Counted from the stretch's first letter, positions 49,657 to 60,029 are shown. The stretch: 63,060 nucleotides of DNA from Nanobdellati archaeon (GCA_014384375.1 JACNFY010000017.1:1-63060); one strand, 5' to 3'. Notes: generated from the letters alone by a model not told the origin. Numbers and translations are program-made.

Positions 49657-51732
49657 ATGTGTGGGATTATAGGAGTATTCAGAAGAAAAGATGCTTTGAG
49701 ACTTGTAAGGCAAGGCATAACTATTTTGCAGAATAGAGGCAGGGATGGGAATGGATTTTATGAAGAAGATAATTTCTCGTTAGGACACTGCCTGCACTCA
49801 ATCGTTGGAAGAGTAAAACAACCTTTGACAGACAAGGATGTTTTTGTGTCTAACTGTGAGATTTATAATTGGAAAGAACTCAACGAGAAATATAATCTCA
49901 AAGCAAGAAACGATTCTGAGATGCTATTCAAATTATTGCAGAAAAAAGGCGTAAGTGAAAAAACTCTTGACGAGTTGGATGGTGTCTTTGCATTCGCATA
50001 CATATCAAAAAACAAGCTCTGGGTGGCAAGAGACATAATAGGTGTAAAACCTGTCTGGTACAGCCACACGAACGGCTTTTACTTTGCATCTGAAAAAAAA
50101 GCTCTTGAAAAACTAGGTATTATAGACATCAACGAGTTGAATCCAAGAAAGATAATAGAGTATGATTTGAGAAAAGACAAACTAAAATTCATAGAAAGAG
50201 AATTTTTTTCAATAGAGCCAGAGATAAAAGAATCAATTGAGATTATATCTAGAAAACTAGAACTGAAGATAAAGGAATCAATCTCAAAGAGAATTCCACA
50301 GAGAAAGTTTGGAATATTGTTCTCAGGCGGTATAGACTCAACAGTTTTAGCGCTAATCCTGAAACAATTCAAGCAGGAATTCACATGCTACACAGCAGTG
50401 CTTGATGATCCTGGGCTAAAAGAGCCACAAGACCTTGTTTACGCAAAGAAAGTAGCGAAAGATCTAGGGTTAAATCTTAAAGTCATAAAGATAAAACTCT
50501 CAGAGGTTGAGAATTATCTGAGAAAAATCGTTCCATTAATAGAAGACTCAAACGTTGTAAAAGTTGGAGTTGCACTCACTTTCTACACTGCTTGCGAACA
50601 AGCAAAGAAAGATGGCTGCAAGGTATTGTTCTCAGGGCTTGGAAGTGAGGAAATCTTTGCAGGCTACCAGAGACACAGAGAATCGTACAATGTTAACAAT
50701 GAATGTGTCTCAGGACTTTTGAAGATGTATGAAAGAGACCTTTACAGGGATGACGTCATCACTATGTATAACTGCATAGAACTAAGAATTCCTTTCTTAG
50801 ACAAGGGCTTAGTAGAGTATTCATTGAGAATTTCTGGGAAGCACAAGCTATATGACAATCATGAAAAATACATTTTAAGAGTTGTTGCTAAGAATCTAAG
50901 ATTAAAGGAAGAGTTCGCACTAAGAAAGAAAAAAGCAGCTCAATACGGCAGCAACTTTCATAAAGCAATACAAAAGCTAACAAACAAAAATAAATTCAAA
51001 ACAAAGTCAGAATATCTGAGAACTTTTTATCCAACGCATAATGTCAAGCTAGGAGCTTTAATAAGTTCTGGAAAAGATAGTGTGTTTGCAATGTACACAA
51101 TGATTAAGCAGAACTATTCAGTTGAGTGTATGATTACTTTAGAAAGCGAGAATCTGGATTCTTTCATGTTCCACACACCAACAGTAAAACTAGTTAGATT
51201 ACAATCAGAAGCGACTGGAATTCCCTTGGTCACATACCAAACAAAGGGAGAGAAAGAAAAAGAGTTAGAAGACTTGAAAAAAGCTATAAAGAAAGCGAAA
51301 GAGGAATATAAGATAGAAGGAGTTATAACAGGAGCTATTTTTTCCAACTATCAGAGAAACAGGGTAGAAAAGGTATGTGATTCATTATCATTGAAAATCT
51401 TCTCACCATTATGGCATATCAACCAAGAAACAGAGATGAGGGAAATAGTGAGAGAAGGATTTGAATTCGTGATTAGCAAAGTAGCTGCTGAAGGTTTGAA
51501 CAAAAACTGGCTTAACAAAAAAATCGACAACAAAATGATTAACAAGCTGGTTGAGTTAAATCAAAAGATCGGCTTCAATGTAGCTGGCGAAGGCGGAGAA
51601 TTCGAAACACTGGTTCTTAACGGTCCAGTATTCAATAAGAAAATAGAAATAAAGAAATCAAAAATAATCGAAGAAGATGAGAATACAGCGACGCTTGTAG
51701 TAGAGAAAGCAGAACTTCTTCGCAAAGTTTAA
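49657..51732 (+). CDS. Fusion of glutamine-hydrolysing asparagine synthase-like domains and diphthine-ammonia ligase (Dph6/DUF71)
   Basis: MCGIIG Ntn glutaminase, SGGIDS, SGLGSEEIFAGY, ELRIPFLD; then SSGKDS, SFMFH, PLW, GEGGEFET. Confidence 0.88.
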   Translation: MCGIIGVFRRKDALRLVRQGITILQNRGRDGNGFYEEDNFSLGHCLHSIVGRVKQPLTDKDVFVSNCEIYNWKELNEKYNLKARNDSEMLFKLLQKKGVSEKTLDELDGVFAFAYISKNKLWVARDIIGVKPVWYSHTNGFYFASEKKALEKLGIIDINELNPRKIIEYDLRKDKLKFIEREFFSIEPEIKESIEIISRKLELKIKESISKRIPQRKFGILFSGGIDSTVLALILKQFKQEFTCYTAVLDDPGLKEPQDLVYAKKVAKDLGLNLKVIKIKLSEVENYLRKIVPLIEDSNVVKVGVALTFYTACEQAKKDGCKVLFSGLGSEEIFAGYQRHRESYNVNNECVSGLLKMYERDLYRDDVITMYNCIELRIPFLDKGLVEYSLRISGKHKLYDNHEKYILRVVAKNLRLKEEFALRKKKAAQYGSNFHKAIQKLTNKNKFKTKSEYLRTFYPTHNVKLGALISSGKDSVFAMYTMIKQNYSVECMITLESENLDSFMFHTPTVKLVRLQSEATGIPLVTYQTKGEKEKELEDLKKAIKKAKEEYKIEGVITGAIFSNYQRNRVEKVCDSLSLKIFSPLWHINQETEMREIVREGFEFVISKVAAEGLNKNWLNKKIDNKMINKLVELNQKIGFNVAGEGGEFETLVLNGPVFNKKIEIKKSKIIEEDENTATLVVEKAELLRKV

Positions 51733-51757
51733 ATAACTCCTCCTCTTATTAATCACC

Positions 51758-52318
51758 ATGGCATTAACAGATTCAATTATAAATATTAGCGATGCATTTG
51801 TTCAGAACCAACTTCTAATAAAGATAGTAACAGCGATAATAATCTTACTCATAGGTTTCATCATAGGAAGAATAGTAGGAAGGATAATCTTAAAACTACT
51901 GAAAGAAATCGAGTTTGACAAAACTATAAGGAAAGCAACAGGTTACCAAGCTTCTTTTTCAGCCTTATTGTCTAAATCTTCCTCTTACTTCATATACTTC
52001 CTAGCAATCCTAATGGCATTGGAAAGTCTTGGACTAACACCGTTTGTTCTCAATATGATATCAGTCGTCATACTATTAATTGTCGGTATCTCAGTAATAC
52101 TAGCAATAAAAGACTTTATACCTAACTTCATCGCAGGTTACTCTGTTAGAAAAAAAGGCTTATACAAACAAGGAGATAGAATAAAGGTTGGGAAAGTAGA
52201 GGGTAAGATAACAAAGATAAGCCTACTAGACACACATGTCGTGACAAAGAAAAAAGACATGATAGTGATACCTAATTCTTATTTCATAAAAAATCTAGTA
52301 ATAAAGAAGTCAAGATGA
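51758..52318 (+). CDS. Small-conductance mechanosensitive channel (MscS family, short)
   Basis: TM helices, KDFIPNFIAG, GDRIKVG, IVIPNS. Confidence 0.85.
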   Translation: MALTDSIINISDAFVQNQLLIKIVTAIIILLIGFIIGRIVGRIILKLLKEIEFDKTIRKATGYQASFSALLSKSSSYFIYFLAILMALESLGLTPFVLNMISVVILLIVGISVILAIKDFIPNFIAGYSVRKKGLYKQGDRIKVGKVEGKITKISLLDTHVVTKKKDMIVIPNSYFIKNLVIKKSR

Positions 52319-52567
52319 ATTATTAAGCTTCTCAAGCATACTCGCTATGCCCCATATCTGAGTTCTAACGAAGGTGGGAAGATTGATATCATTAGCAATG
52401 TCATCAAGCTCAGATAGGGACTTGTTCACTTTAAGAGATAAATCCTTGTCGCTCTTCATATCAGAGGTTATCTCAGAAATCCTTTGTTTTATATTCTTAG
52501 GAACAGATGTGTCTTCCTCGAGTTGATTAAGAGCGTCAATGACATTCTTGATTTCCATTCTAATCAC
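52310..52567 (-). CDS. UPF0147 family protein
   Basis: DTSVPKNIK, LDDIANDINLP-x3-RTQIW. Confidence 0.9.
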   Translation of the reverse strand: MIRMEIKNVIDALNQLEEDTSVPKNIKQRISEITSDMKSDKDLSLKVNKSLSELDDIANDINLPTFVRTQIWGIASMLEKLNNSS

Positions 52568-52896
52568 TTCTTTTCTTTTTTGATTCCTTCCATCACTTCT
52601 TTTTGAATATTATCAGCTCTCTCTCGCATATTCTGCTCTTGCTTCTCAATAGATTTAAACCTTAGGTCCAGCATATCCTTCTTGGATTTTAAATCTTCCT
52701 GAAGCTTCTTCTTATCCACAGAAACCATAATATTGCCTATTATTTTATGAGCTTCACTGGCACTATTTAGCTCGTTAAGAGCAGTGTCCATCTCAACCAT
52801 CTGGGTCTGGAATTGCTGCTTCTGTGTAAGAAATCTCTGCAAATTCTGCTCAATAACTTGGAGTTCGCCTATTTTTTCTTCGGTTGCTTTATCCAT
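52564..52896 (-). CDS. pfdB: Prefoldin beta subunit
   Basis: Coiled coil - KIIGNIMV hairpin - coiled coil; conserved operon context. Confidence 0.92.
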   Translation of the reverse strand: MDKATEEKIGELQVIEQNLQRFLTQKQQFQTQMVEMDTALNELNSASEAHKIIGNIMVSVDKKKLQEDLKSKKDMLDLRFKSIEKQEQNMRERADNIQKEVMEGIKKEKK

Positions 52897-53117
52897 TTTT
52901 TAGTTTTTTCATAAACAGTCAGGTTTTTTGTGATGGAATTCAACACAGCCCTTAAAGCAGTTGAATCCTCAGCAGTGATTCTGAACTCTAGCTTTTCACC
53001 CTTCTTGTGTATTGAGTAAAAAGCTCTTTTGTTCTGAAACTCTTTTGTTTCAGGTTCAAACAACTTGGAGATGTTCTTTGCATCTCCATCAACTATTATT
53101 TTAGTAGTGTACTTCAT
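52869..53117 (-). CDS. pcc1: KEOPS complex subunit Pcc1
   Basis: ITAEDSTALRAVLNS; located between rpoP and pfdB. Confidence 0.88.
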   Translation of the reverse strand: MKYTTKIIVDGDAKNISKLFEPETKEFQNKRAFYSIHKKGEKLEFRITAEDSTALRAVLNSITKNLTVYEKTKKWIKQPKKK

Positions 53118-53251
53118 CTCGCTTTAACTTTAGTACCAACAGTTCTTTCCTTGAAGATTATTTTTGACCCACAATAAAGACACCTGACCCTCTTCCTTAT
53201 CTGTGTATCTGAAATCGTTTTATTACAAAAAAGGCATTTGTAAGAGCTCAT
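53114..53251 (-). CDS. rpoP: RNA polymerase subunit P (Rpo12), 45 aa
   Basis: Not in ORF track. MSSYKCLFCNK...VRCLYCGSKIIFKER...VKAR; follows rpl37ae. Confidence 0.95.
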   Translation of the reverse strand: MSSYKCLFCNKTISDTQIRKRVRCLYCGSKIIFKERTVGTKVKAR

Positions 53252-53499
53252 TCTTCCTTAACCTCTGCTTTGATAGTTGGTGGCTTGGCAACTGTGTAGG
53301 CCTTGCTAGTAAACTTGGCTCCGCACTTATTACAGCTCCATATACCTATAGCAACCCTCTTGACTTTAACATAGTTGCAATATGGGCATTTATGCTTCTT
53401 CCTCTGCTCAGCCTCAATAGCGCCGTACCTGTCTCTAAGCCTTTTACCATATCTCGAACCGAACCTCTTCATAGAGCCATAAGTTGCTTTCTTTGCCAT
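53248..53499 (-). CDS. rpl37ae: 50S ribosomal protein L37ae (eL43)
   Basis: RFGSRYG, CPYC, GIWSCNKC. Confidence 0.97.
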   Translation of the reverse strand: MAKKATYGSMKRFGSRYGKRLRDRYGAIEAEQRKKHKCPYCNYVKVKRVAIGIWSCNKCGAKFTSKAYTVAKPPTIKAEVKEE

Positions 53500-53768
53500 T
53501 CCGAGATGAAATTATGAACTATTTATAAAAGTTATGAAAAAATATATTTCAAAGCTTATCATGAATGAAATGCTAAGTGGAGTTATTGCATTCTTGATAC
53601 TTCTTATTATTCTTTTTGTATGATTTATCCTATTTTCTCAAAGTTTATCCCAAACAAAAAAAGTTTGTCCGAAAGACTTCTGAAACAACCGGAAAACTAA
53701 CAGAAAAGTTTAAATAAGATTATCAGAATAAAGTTTTATAGATTTGCTTAAAACTCGAACCTTGGGGG

Positions 53769-55535
53769 GTGAAGGCCACGAAGATATACTCGGTTGGTAA
53801 GCTAAATTTAAGCACATTTCTTCTGTTAGTTATTTTGAGTGTTTCTATCTTCTCTGCTGCGACTAATATAACTTTGAATGACAATATTTCTTACAATAGT
53901 TCTAATAATTCATTAAATATAACTTTGAATTTATCTTTCAATAATACTTTAGTAAATACTTCAATAAACATTACCAACACAACCACGATTAATGAAACAA
54001 ATGTTTCAGTCAATCTGTCTTCTAATAAAATAAAAAATATTCTTCCGCCTGGTTTATTGAAAAAGCTTCATAAGGACTTGGAGGGTTTATCTTATGAAGC
54101 AGAGGCAAAGGTTATTGTTCAGTTAAAAGATAAAAATTCAAGACACAAAATCAAGGATAAAGTAATTAAAGGAAAATCAAAAATTAGTAGAGATAGGAAC
54201 TTTATTTTTGCAGATGCTTTTGGTTCTGATGTTGTAGATGTTGTTTCTGATGAAGATGTTGTTATGGTCTGGCCTGACTTGGAGGTTACATCTTTCTTGG
54301 ATGATGCAGTAGACCAGATTCATGCAGACAGCCTATGGAATTTTAGTTTGAATGGCTCAGGTGTTAAGATAGCTGTATTGGATACAGGCGTTGATGCTTC
54401 TCATGAAATGCTTAATGGCAGGGTTATTTCTCAGGTTGATTTCACAGGTTCAGGCACTGGAGATTTTTATGGCCATGGAACCCATGTTGCAGGCATCGCT
54501 TCAGGAAACGGGTTATATAAGGGAGTAGCTTTTGATTCTCAGATTTATGATGTGAAAGTTCTTAATGATGAAGGAGTTGGTTATCTTTCATGGTTGATTG
54601 ATGGTATTGATTATGCCATTAGTGAGAATGTTGATGTTATATCTCTTAGTTTAGGAGCTATTTATTCAGGCACTCCTGAAAACCAGCTTAATAGTCCTGA
54701 AATCCTGAAAATTGAAGAAGCAATAAGCAACGGCATAACAGTTGTAATAGCCTCAGGCAACTGTGGCAGTGGTGTTTGCGGCGGTTTTGAAGGAGTCACC
54801 ACGCCAGGCATTACTCGTAATGCAATCACCGTTGGAACAGTTGATGACGCCAATGAATGGGCATACTTTAGTTCTGGAGATACAATTGATGATTATGTTA
54901 AGCCTGATATGGTTGCTCCGGGTGTTGATATTTGTAGTGCGGTTCCTTTAGATTATGATTGTAAGACAGGCACTTCTATGAGCACTCCCTTTGTCAGTGG
55001 AGCAGTTGCTTTGCTTTTACAACATAATAGTTCTTTGAATCCCACACATATTAAAGACATATTTGAAGATGGGGCTCTAGATTTGGGCGATTCTGGCAAG
55101 GATGTTCTTTATGGTAGCGGTCTGCTTGATTTGAGCAATCTAAACTTTGAGATTAGCCCTGTTGAAATAATCCCTGATGAGTATACTATCTCCTTTTCTG
55201 ACTTTGAGATTAGAAAAGAAGGCAAAGTTACTATAATATACCACAACAAAGAGACCTGTTACAGGAAAAAAGACTGCAAACCAAGAAAAATCAAAGTAAG
55301 ATTTGAAAGCGAAGAGCTAGACCGCACATTCCAATCAGAGAAAACCAAAACAATCCCAAATGACAAATACAAATCCTATAAATTCAAGACAACCTTCAAC
55401 CTGCCAGGCAAACACCTGCTCAAAATAACAATCGAAGAAGACAACGAACTAATCGAAGAAATAAACACCTTCATAGACGTAAAATCAAACTTTTTGGTTA
55501 ATTCATTAGGCACATTGAGGTTAAAGATAAGATGA
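53769..55535 (+). CDS. Secreted subtilisin-like S8 serine peptidase
   Basis: Signal peptide, Asn-rich stalk, I9-like propeptide, catalytic VLDTG / HGTHVAG / GTSMSTP, C-terminal beta-rich domain. Confidence 0.95.
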   Translation: MKATKIYSVGKLNLSTFLLLVILSVSIFSAATNITLNDNISYNSSNNSLNITLNLSFNNTLVNTSINITNTTTINETNVSVNLSSNKIKNILPPGLLKKLHKDLEGLSYEAEAKVIVQLKDKNSRHKIKDKVIKGKSKISRDRNFIFADAFGSDVVDVVSDEDVVMVWPDLEVTSFLDDAVDQIHADSLWNFSLNGSGVKIAVLDTGVDASHEMLNGRVISQVDFTGSGTGDFYGHGTHVAGIASGNGLYKGVAFDSQIYDVKVLNDEGVGYLSWLIDGIDYAISENVDVISLSLGAIYSGTPENQLNSPEILKIEEAISNGITVVIASGNCGSGVCGGFEGVTTPGITRNAITVGTVDDANEWAYFSSGDTIDDYVKPDMVAPGVDICSAVPLDYDCKTGTSMSTPFVSGAVALLLQHNSSLNPTHIKDIFEDGALDLGDSGKDVLYGSGLLDLSNLNFEISPVEIIPDEYTISFSDFEIRKEGKVTIIYHNKETCYRKKDCKPRKIKVRFESEELDRTFQSEKTKTIPNDKYKSYKFKTTFNLPGKHLLKITIEEDNELIEEINTFIDVKSNFLVNSLGTLRLKIR

Positions 55536-55909
55536 GAAAAAACAAAGGAGATTTGTCAAGTTCTTCTAGTGCAGACGAATTCACCTTCCCTAGCAATGGC
55601 GAAACAGATGGCTCTGACCATCCTGCTTTTGCAGATTTAGATGGTGATGGCAAACAAGAACTAATTGTTGGAACCAAAAAAATTGTTTTTATTGGTAATG
55701 TTTCCGAAGAAAGAGGAAGAGTTTTCTCCTTCAACTTCGATAAACAAGGTAAGGATAAGGCTTGGAAGAGTACGTCTTATAATAAAAAAATTGGAATATA
55801 CTTACCTGTTATTGGAACGCCAACCATTGTTGACATAAACGGTAACGGAAACAAGGAAGTAATATTTGGCGATATCCATGAAAAGATTATAGGAGGTAGA
55901 TATTTATGA
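55532..55909 (+). pseudogene. Headless fragment of the shared FG-GAP tail (two repeats)
   Basis: ADLDGDGKQELIVG and VDINGNGNKEVIFGD; collinear with the tail in 58270-59607; no signal peptide or head. Confidence 0.7.
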
Positions 55910-56181
55910 AAACTATAACACAATTATGGAGTAAGTTAAAGTATTGGCAGAAAGGAATATCTGTTGGTTTTTTGGGTTACATTTTATATTTTATAATAAT
56001 TGTCATTGTTCCTTCAATTTGGGATTTTAATTGTGGTTTCATCGCAGAGCACATACCTTGTTCTGCAACAGAATATTTTGCAGCCGTATTTTTTATGTTT
56101 GTGGCTTGGTTGAAGTATGGTGTACTTCTGATAATTGCAGGAGGAGTAATTGGGTCAATAATGGATTACTTAAAGAGATAA
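55906..56181 (+). CDS. Small membrane protein, array family member 1
   Basis: WSKLKYWQKG-x3-G start, Cys pair in loop, G-x2-IG C-terminal TM. Confidence 0.75.
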   Translation: MKTITQLWSKLKYWQKGISVGFLGYILYFIIIVIVPSIWDFNCGFIAEHIPCSATEYFAAVFFMFVAWLKYGVLLIIAGGVIGSIMDYLKR

Positions 56182-57968
56182 TGAAAATAAAAAGCGTTCA
56201 CATATTATTGTACTTTGTAATAGTTTCATTTACAATTATTAATGTGAATGCTTATAAAATGACTCCTCCTGATGAAGTAACTCACCAGTATATTACTAAT
56301 CAATCTAGGCGTATATGGAGTCTCATACCATATGAAATAATATTTCATCTTAATAATTCAGTAACCAAAGAATTAGATTACCGTGGAAAGGCAAATTTTG
56401 ATTATGAAGATGATATCATTACTGGTTCGGCAGAAGAAGATTTGGCATCAGATACTTTGAGCGCACTTTTCGGTAATCATTTTTGGCAACCCGACGATCC
56501 AGATACTTTGATGTTAGGTAATGATGATTATAATGATGGACTTGCAGAAAGAGATAGTTCCTATAGAACTGCGCTTGATTATTGGTATAAACCTTGCTCT
56601 TTTTGGGAGAATGATTGTGATGATGTTATAAACAATTATTTAAAAGGCAATATTGATGAATCTTATTATTGGCTTGGCAGAATCGCACATTTGTTGGAGG
56701 ATGCCGCTCAACCATCGCATGTTCTCCTTGATCCACACTTACCTGGTGATGATTCTGAATTGGAAATCTGGTCTGGGGATAATTTTCATAGCTATCAAGG
56801 AGTCAATTACGCTGGAAAACAATACAATTACGAAGATTTAATAGACAATTTTGATTGGTCTTCTGTCGAACCAACAAGAGCTCCTGACAGACAATATATT
56901 GAACTTTTCAGATTGTTTTGGTATACTGCACAAAAAACACAATATTGGGCTAGTGATGATGTAGATGCGAATTATGTTTATACCGATTTGAATGATGTTG
57001 AACAGAGTTGGTCTTGTAGTGGAAACGATAATCTTAATTTATGGGCTGATGAAGGTTATACAAGCTGTAGTGATTTTATAAGCACTGGTTTAAACGATTC
57101 TAATGTCGAACAGGAAGCCAACGCTACTATCCCTCACGCTATGAAAGCAGTTGCAGGTCTCTACAGATTGTTCTGGGATGCTGTTCATATTGATTGGCCT
57201 ACTTATCGTCATGATAACTTAAGAACTGGTACCACTGCTTTCAAAGGTGATTTATCCGAAGATACCGATGCTGAAGAGTTCACGTTCCCTATTAATGAGG
57301 ATACTGATAGTTCCAACAACTTGGCGTTCGCTGATTTGAACAAGGACGGAGATCAAGAACTGATAATTGGAACTAATAAAGATTTTTTAATTGAAAACAA
57401 TGAGGAGTATAGGGGTAGAGTTTTCACTTTTGAATTCAATAAGAATGATAGATATACTTTAGGATGGAGCACTTCTAATGAGAAGAGTGCTTCTTGGTTT
57501 AAGCCTGTTGTTGCTACTCCTGTAATCTCAGATATTAATAATGATGGTTTTAAGGAAATTATTTTTGGTGATAAAAGCGGGAAGATTTGGGTTTTGAATC
57601 CTGACGGAGAACCCCTTCCTCTTACTGAAGACGAGGATTATGTTCTTCCTAGAGGGGATAACAATTCTGCTATGTTCACTTCTTGGGCTATAGAAGATAT
57701 AGATTTAGATGGCACAAAAGAACTATTATTCGTTGAAAAGACAGACTCCACTACTCCATTATATGTTTTCGATGCTAAGATATATGTTTACAACCTCACA
57801 GAAGACGAGCTTCTAGAAGAATGGCAAGCTGATTTAGGTTCAACTTATGGCAGTGGAAGTTCTTCTGACCCTGCAATTGCAGACATCGATTCTGATGGTG
57901 ATATGGATATTATCGTTGGCACTCTATATGATGGAGATAAGAAAATAATATTCGCGGAGGTAATGTAA
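56181..57968 (+). CDS. Secreted Zn-dependent phospholipase C/S1-P1-like head + truncated FG-GAP tail
   Basis: Signal peptide from ATG 56181 (MKIKSVH...VNA); TH, EED, HFW, LGRIAHLLED-x2-QP-x-H metal motifs; WPTYRHDN-x-RTG junction then four FG-GAP-like repeats. Confidence 0.8.
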   Translation: MKIKSVHILLYFVIVSFTIINVNAYKMTPPDEVTHQYITNQSRRIWSLIPYEIIFHLNNSVTKELDYRGKANFDYEDDIITGSAEEDLASDTLSALFGNHFWQPDDPDTLMLGNDDYNDGLAERDSSYRTALDYWYKPCSFWENDCDDVINNYLKGNIDESYYWLGRIAHLLEDAAQPSHVLLDPHLPGDDSELEIWSGDNFHSYQGVNYAGKQYNYEDLIDNFDWSSVEPTRAPDRQYIELFRLFWYTAQKTQYWASDDVDANYVYTDLNDVEQSWSCSGNDNLNLWADEGYTSCSDFISTGLNDSNVEQEANATIPHAMKAVAGLYRLFWDAVHIDWPTYRHDNLRTGTTAFKGDLSEDTDAEEFTFPINEDTDSSNNLAFADLNKDGDQELIIGTNKDFLIENNEEYRGRVFTFEFNKNDRYTLGWSTSNEKSASWFKPVVATPVISDINNDGFKEIIFGDKSGKIWVLNPDGEPLPLTEDEDYVLPRGDNNSAMFTSWAIEDIDLDGTKELLFVEKTDSTTPLYVFDAKIYVYNLTEDELLEEWQADLGSTYGSGSSSDPAIADIDSDGDMDIIVGTLYDGDKKIIFAEVM

Positions 57969-57970
57969 AA

Positions 57971-58273
57971 ATGAACATAAAAGAAAAATGGAAAGGTCTT
58001 TCTTTTAGGACTAAAGGAATGTATCTTGGAATTATATTAAATATTTTTATTGGTCTAGCAACATTCAAGGGTTTGTTAAATGATTTACTTGGAGAAAGAT
58101 TCGGCTATGCTTTTGTGCTTTTTTATTCCTATCCAGGTGTTTTCGCGTTTTATTTTTGTAAAGCTTTAGAATGTATTGTTTTAGGATTTATAATCAACTT
58201 TATTTGGGTAGTTGTTAGTGGTGGTGCAATTGGATTATTGTTCGCTGTTATCATTGAAAAAATTAAAAAATGA
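57971..58273 (+). CDS. Small membrane protein, array family member 2
   Basis: WKGLSFRTKG-x3-G, C-x4-C, GGAIG. Confidence 0.75.
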   Translation: MNIKEKWKGLSFRTKGMYLGIILNIFIGLATFKGLLNDLLGERFGYAFVLFYSYPGVFAFYFCKALECIVLGFIINFIWVVVSGGAIGLLFAVIIEKIKK

Positions 58274-59607
58274 AATTTCAGAAATTGGTACTTATATTGG
58301 TTTTTGTTTTGATCAGTTTAAGTAATGTTGTGGCTTCTTCAGTTTCCAATGCTGTACCTGTTTCTGAAACCATTGTTAGAAACAATTCAACATTTCTTGT
58401 TGATGGGTGGGATGAATTACCTTTCAAACATTTGAAGGCAAATAAGTCTTGGGTTGAATATGTCAATACAAATTACGATCCTTCTCCTAATTGGATTACA
58501 ATCCTTTATGATGAGAACAATGAAAAAATATCGCCCAAGTGTCTAAGTTATTCTGCTGCAACTGTTGCTGACTGGTTTTCTCTTGAGACGGGCGAAGTTC
58601 TTGATACTTACACAAGCTACCTCAACAATAGAATTGAATATGGTCATAATCCTAGGGAATTAGAGGCCATTTACCATGATAGGCACACTTTTTATAATAC
58701 ATATACCTATTTGTTTTTTGATGCTTCCGTAACTTGGGAGCAAATTCCTTATAATTTAAAAGGATATGTTGATATTCTTACTAATCCACCTTCAGATTGG
58801 ATAAACGTTACTGATCCTGATTTAGGTTCAAATTATCTTCATACTGTGAAGCCTGGTGAATACTTGCCAGGGGGAGAGACAGAAAACTTGAAAAGGTCAA
58901 TTCCTATTGTTTCGAATAAAGAACAAGTACAAAGCGCTCTGGAGAGATATGGTATTTTATATGCTCATTTAGACAGCACTCTTGTTGGTTGGGACTTACT
59001 TGGTATTGAGTTTCCAATACATGCAGTGACATTAATTGGTTATGGTAATTATGGTGGAGAAGATGTTTTTTGGATTCATGATACATATGATAGACCTTAT
59101 GTTAACTCATCTTATCAGGATGTAAGATATAAAGCAATTGATGTATTTGATTTAGATTCAATTTATGCTTTCTTTGATCCAACATGGTCCACGTACCGCC
59201 ATGATAACAGGCGTACTGGCTCTTCTACTTTCAAGGGTGACTTATCCAACGAAACAAGCCCTGATGACTTCACTTTTCCTGGTGATGGTCAGACTGATGG
59301 CTTGGATCATCCGGCTTTCGCAGACTTGGATGGTGATGGTTATCAAGAAATTATCGTTGGCACGAAGAATGATGTTTTAATTGGTAATTCTTCTGAAGCA
59401 AGAGGAAGAGTATTCGCATACAACTTTGATAAACAAGGCAAGGATAAAGCGTGGTGGTCTACGACTAATGAGGATATTGGTTTATATCTTCCTGTTATTG
59501 GAACACCAACAGTAGCGGATTTGAATAATGATGGCAATAAAGAGGTAATCTTCGGAGATACTTATGGCAGGATGTGGGTTTTGAATAATAAGGGTGATAA
59601 ACTATGA
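58270..59607 (+). CDS. Secreted papain-fold cysteine peptidase-like head + truncated FG-GAP tail
   Basis: Signal peptide; KCLSYSAA (Cys), HAVTLIGY (His), WIHDTY (Asp); WSTYRHDNRRTG junction, two FG-GAP repeats then stop. Confidence 0.8.
   Translation: MKFQKLVLILVFVLISLSNVVASSVSNAVPVSETIVRNNSTFLVDGWDELPFKHLKANKSWVEYVNTNYDPSPNWITILYDENNEKISPKCLSYSAATVADWFSLETGEVLDTYTSYLNNRIEYGHNPRELEAIYHDRHTFYNTYTYLFFDASVTWEQIPYNLKGYVDILTNPPSDWINVTDPDLGSNYLHTVKPGEYLPGGETENLKRSIPIVSNKEQVQSALERYGILYAHLDSTLVGWDLLGIEFPIHAVTLIGYGNYGGEDVFWIHDTYDRPYVNSSYQDVRYKAIDVFDLDSIYAFFDPTWSTYRHDNRRTGSSTFKGDLSNETSPDDFTFPGDGQTDGLDHPAFADLDGDGYQEIIVGTKNDVLIGNSSEARGRVFAYNFDKQGKDKAWWSTTNEDIGLYLPVIGTPTVADLNNDGNKEVIFGDTYGRMWVLNNKGDKL
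59225..59339. repeat. Near-identical direct repeat with 61276-61390 (86-nt perfect core 59236-59321 = 61287-61372)
   Basis: Base-by-base comparison: two mismatches in 115 nt. Confidence 0.9.
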
Positions 59608-60023
59608 AGAAAATAAATAAATTATTGTGGTTATCAGTAGCTCTGATAATTATTGTTGATATAATTAGTTATTTTACTGCAGGTACAACGCAAAGAAACT
59701 TAAGAATTAATATTCCTCTCTTTATAATTTTTGTATTGGCGACTCTACTTTTTTTATTCTCAATAAGAAATTTTATAATGCAAAATCAGAAAGGGTCGAT
59801 CATAGGTTTGATTATAGGATTCATTCTTGGAGCTATTAGTTTTGGTGTTGGAATGTTTGCGTTATTTTTCTTGTTCCCGATATATGGCTTAATATGGGCT
59901 ATCGTTGGATGTGCCGGAGAAGACTGTTGGGGATTCATGATTATGTTAAGTCCAGTCATATTAGGATTAACAGGAATGCTAATAGGCGCATATTTACAAA
60001 ATAAAAGAACTAATCAGAGGTAA
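59604..60023 (+). CDS. Small membrane protein, array family member 3 (extra N-terminal TMs)
   Basis: QKGSIIG, C-x4-C (CAGEDC), GMLIG. Confidence 0.75.
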   Translation: MKKINKLLWLSVALIIIVDIISYFTAGTTQRNLRINIPLFIIFVLATLLFLFSIRNFIMQNQKGSIIGLIIGFILGAISFGVGMFALFFLFPIYGLIWAIVGCAGEDCWGFMIMLSPVILGLTGMLIGAYLQNKRTNQR

Positions 60024-60029
60024 AAAACA

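Noticed and set aside
49657-50200. purF call based on MCGIIG N-terminus next to the pur cluster
   Set aside because: Downstream domain is an asparagine-synthase PP-loop with no PRT motif
53534-53623. 29-aa hydrophobic micro-ORF upstream of the subtilisin
   Set aside because: No SD, overlaps the likely promoter region of the divergent rpl37ae operon, could arise by chance in T-rich DNA
56031-56180. Track start (GTG 56031) for the PLC-like gene
   Set aside because: Overlaps the upstream membrane gene; the signal peptide begins at ATG 56181
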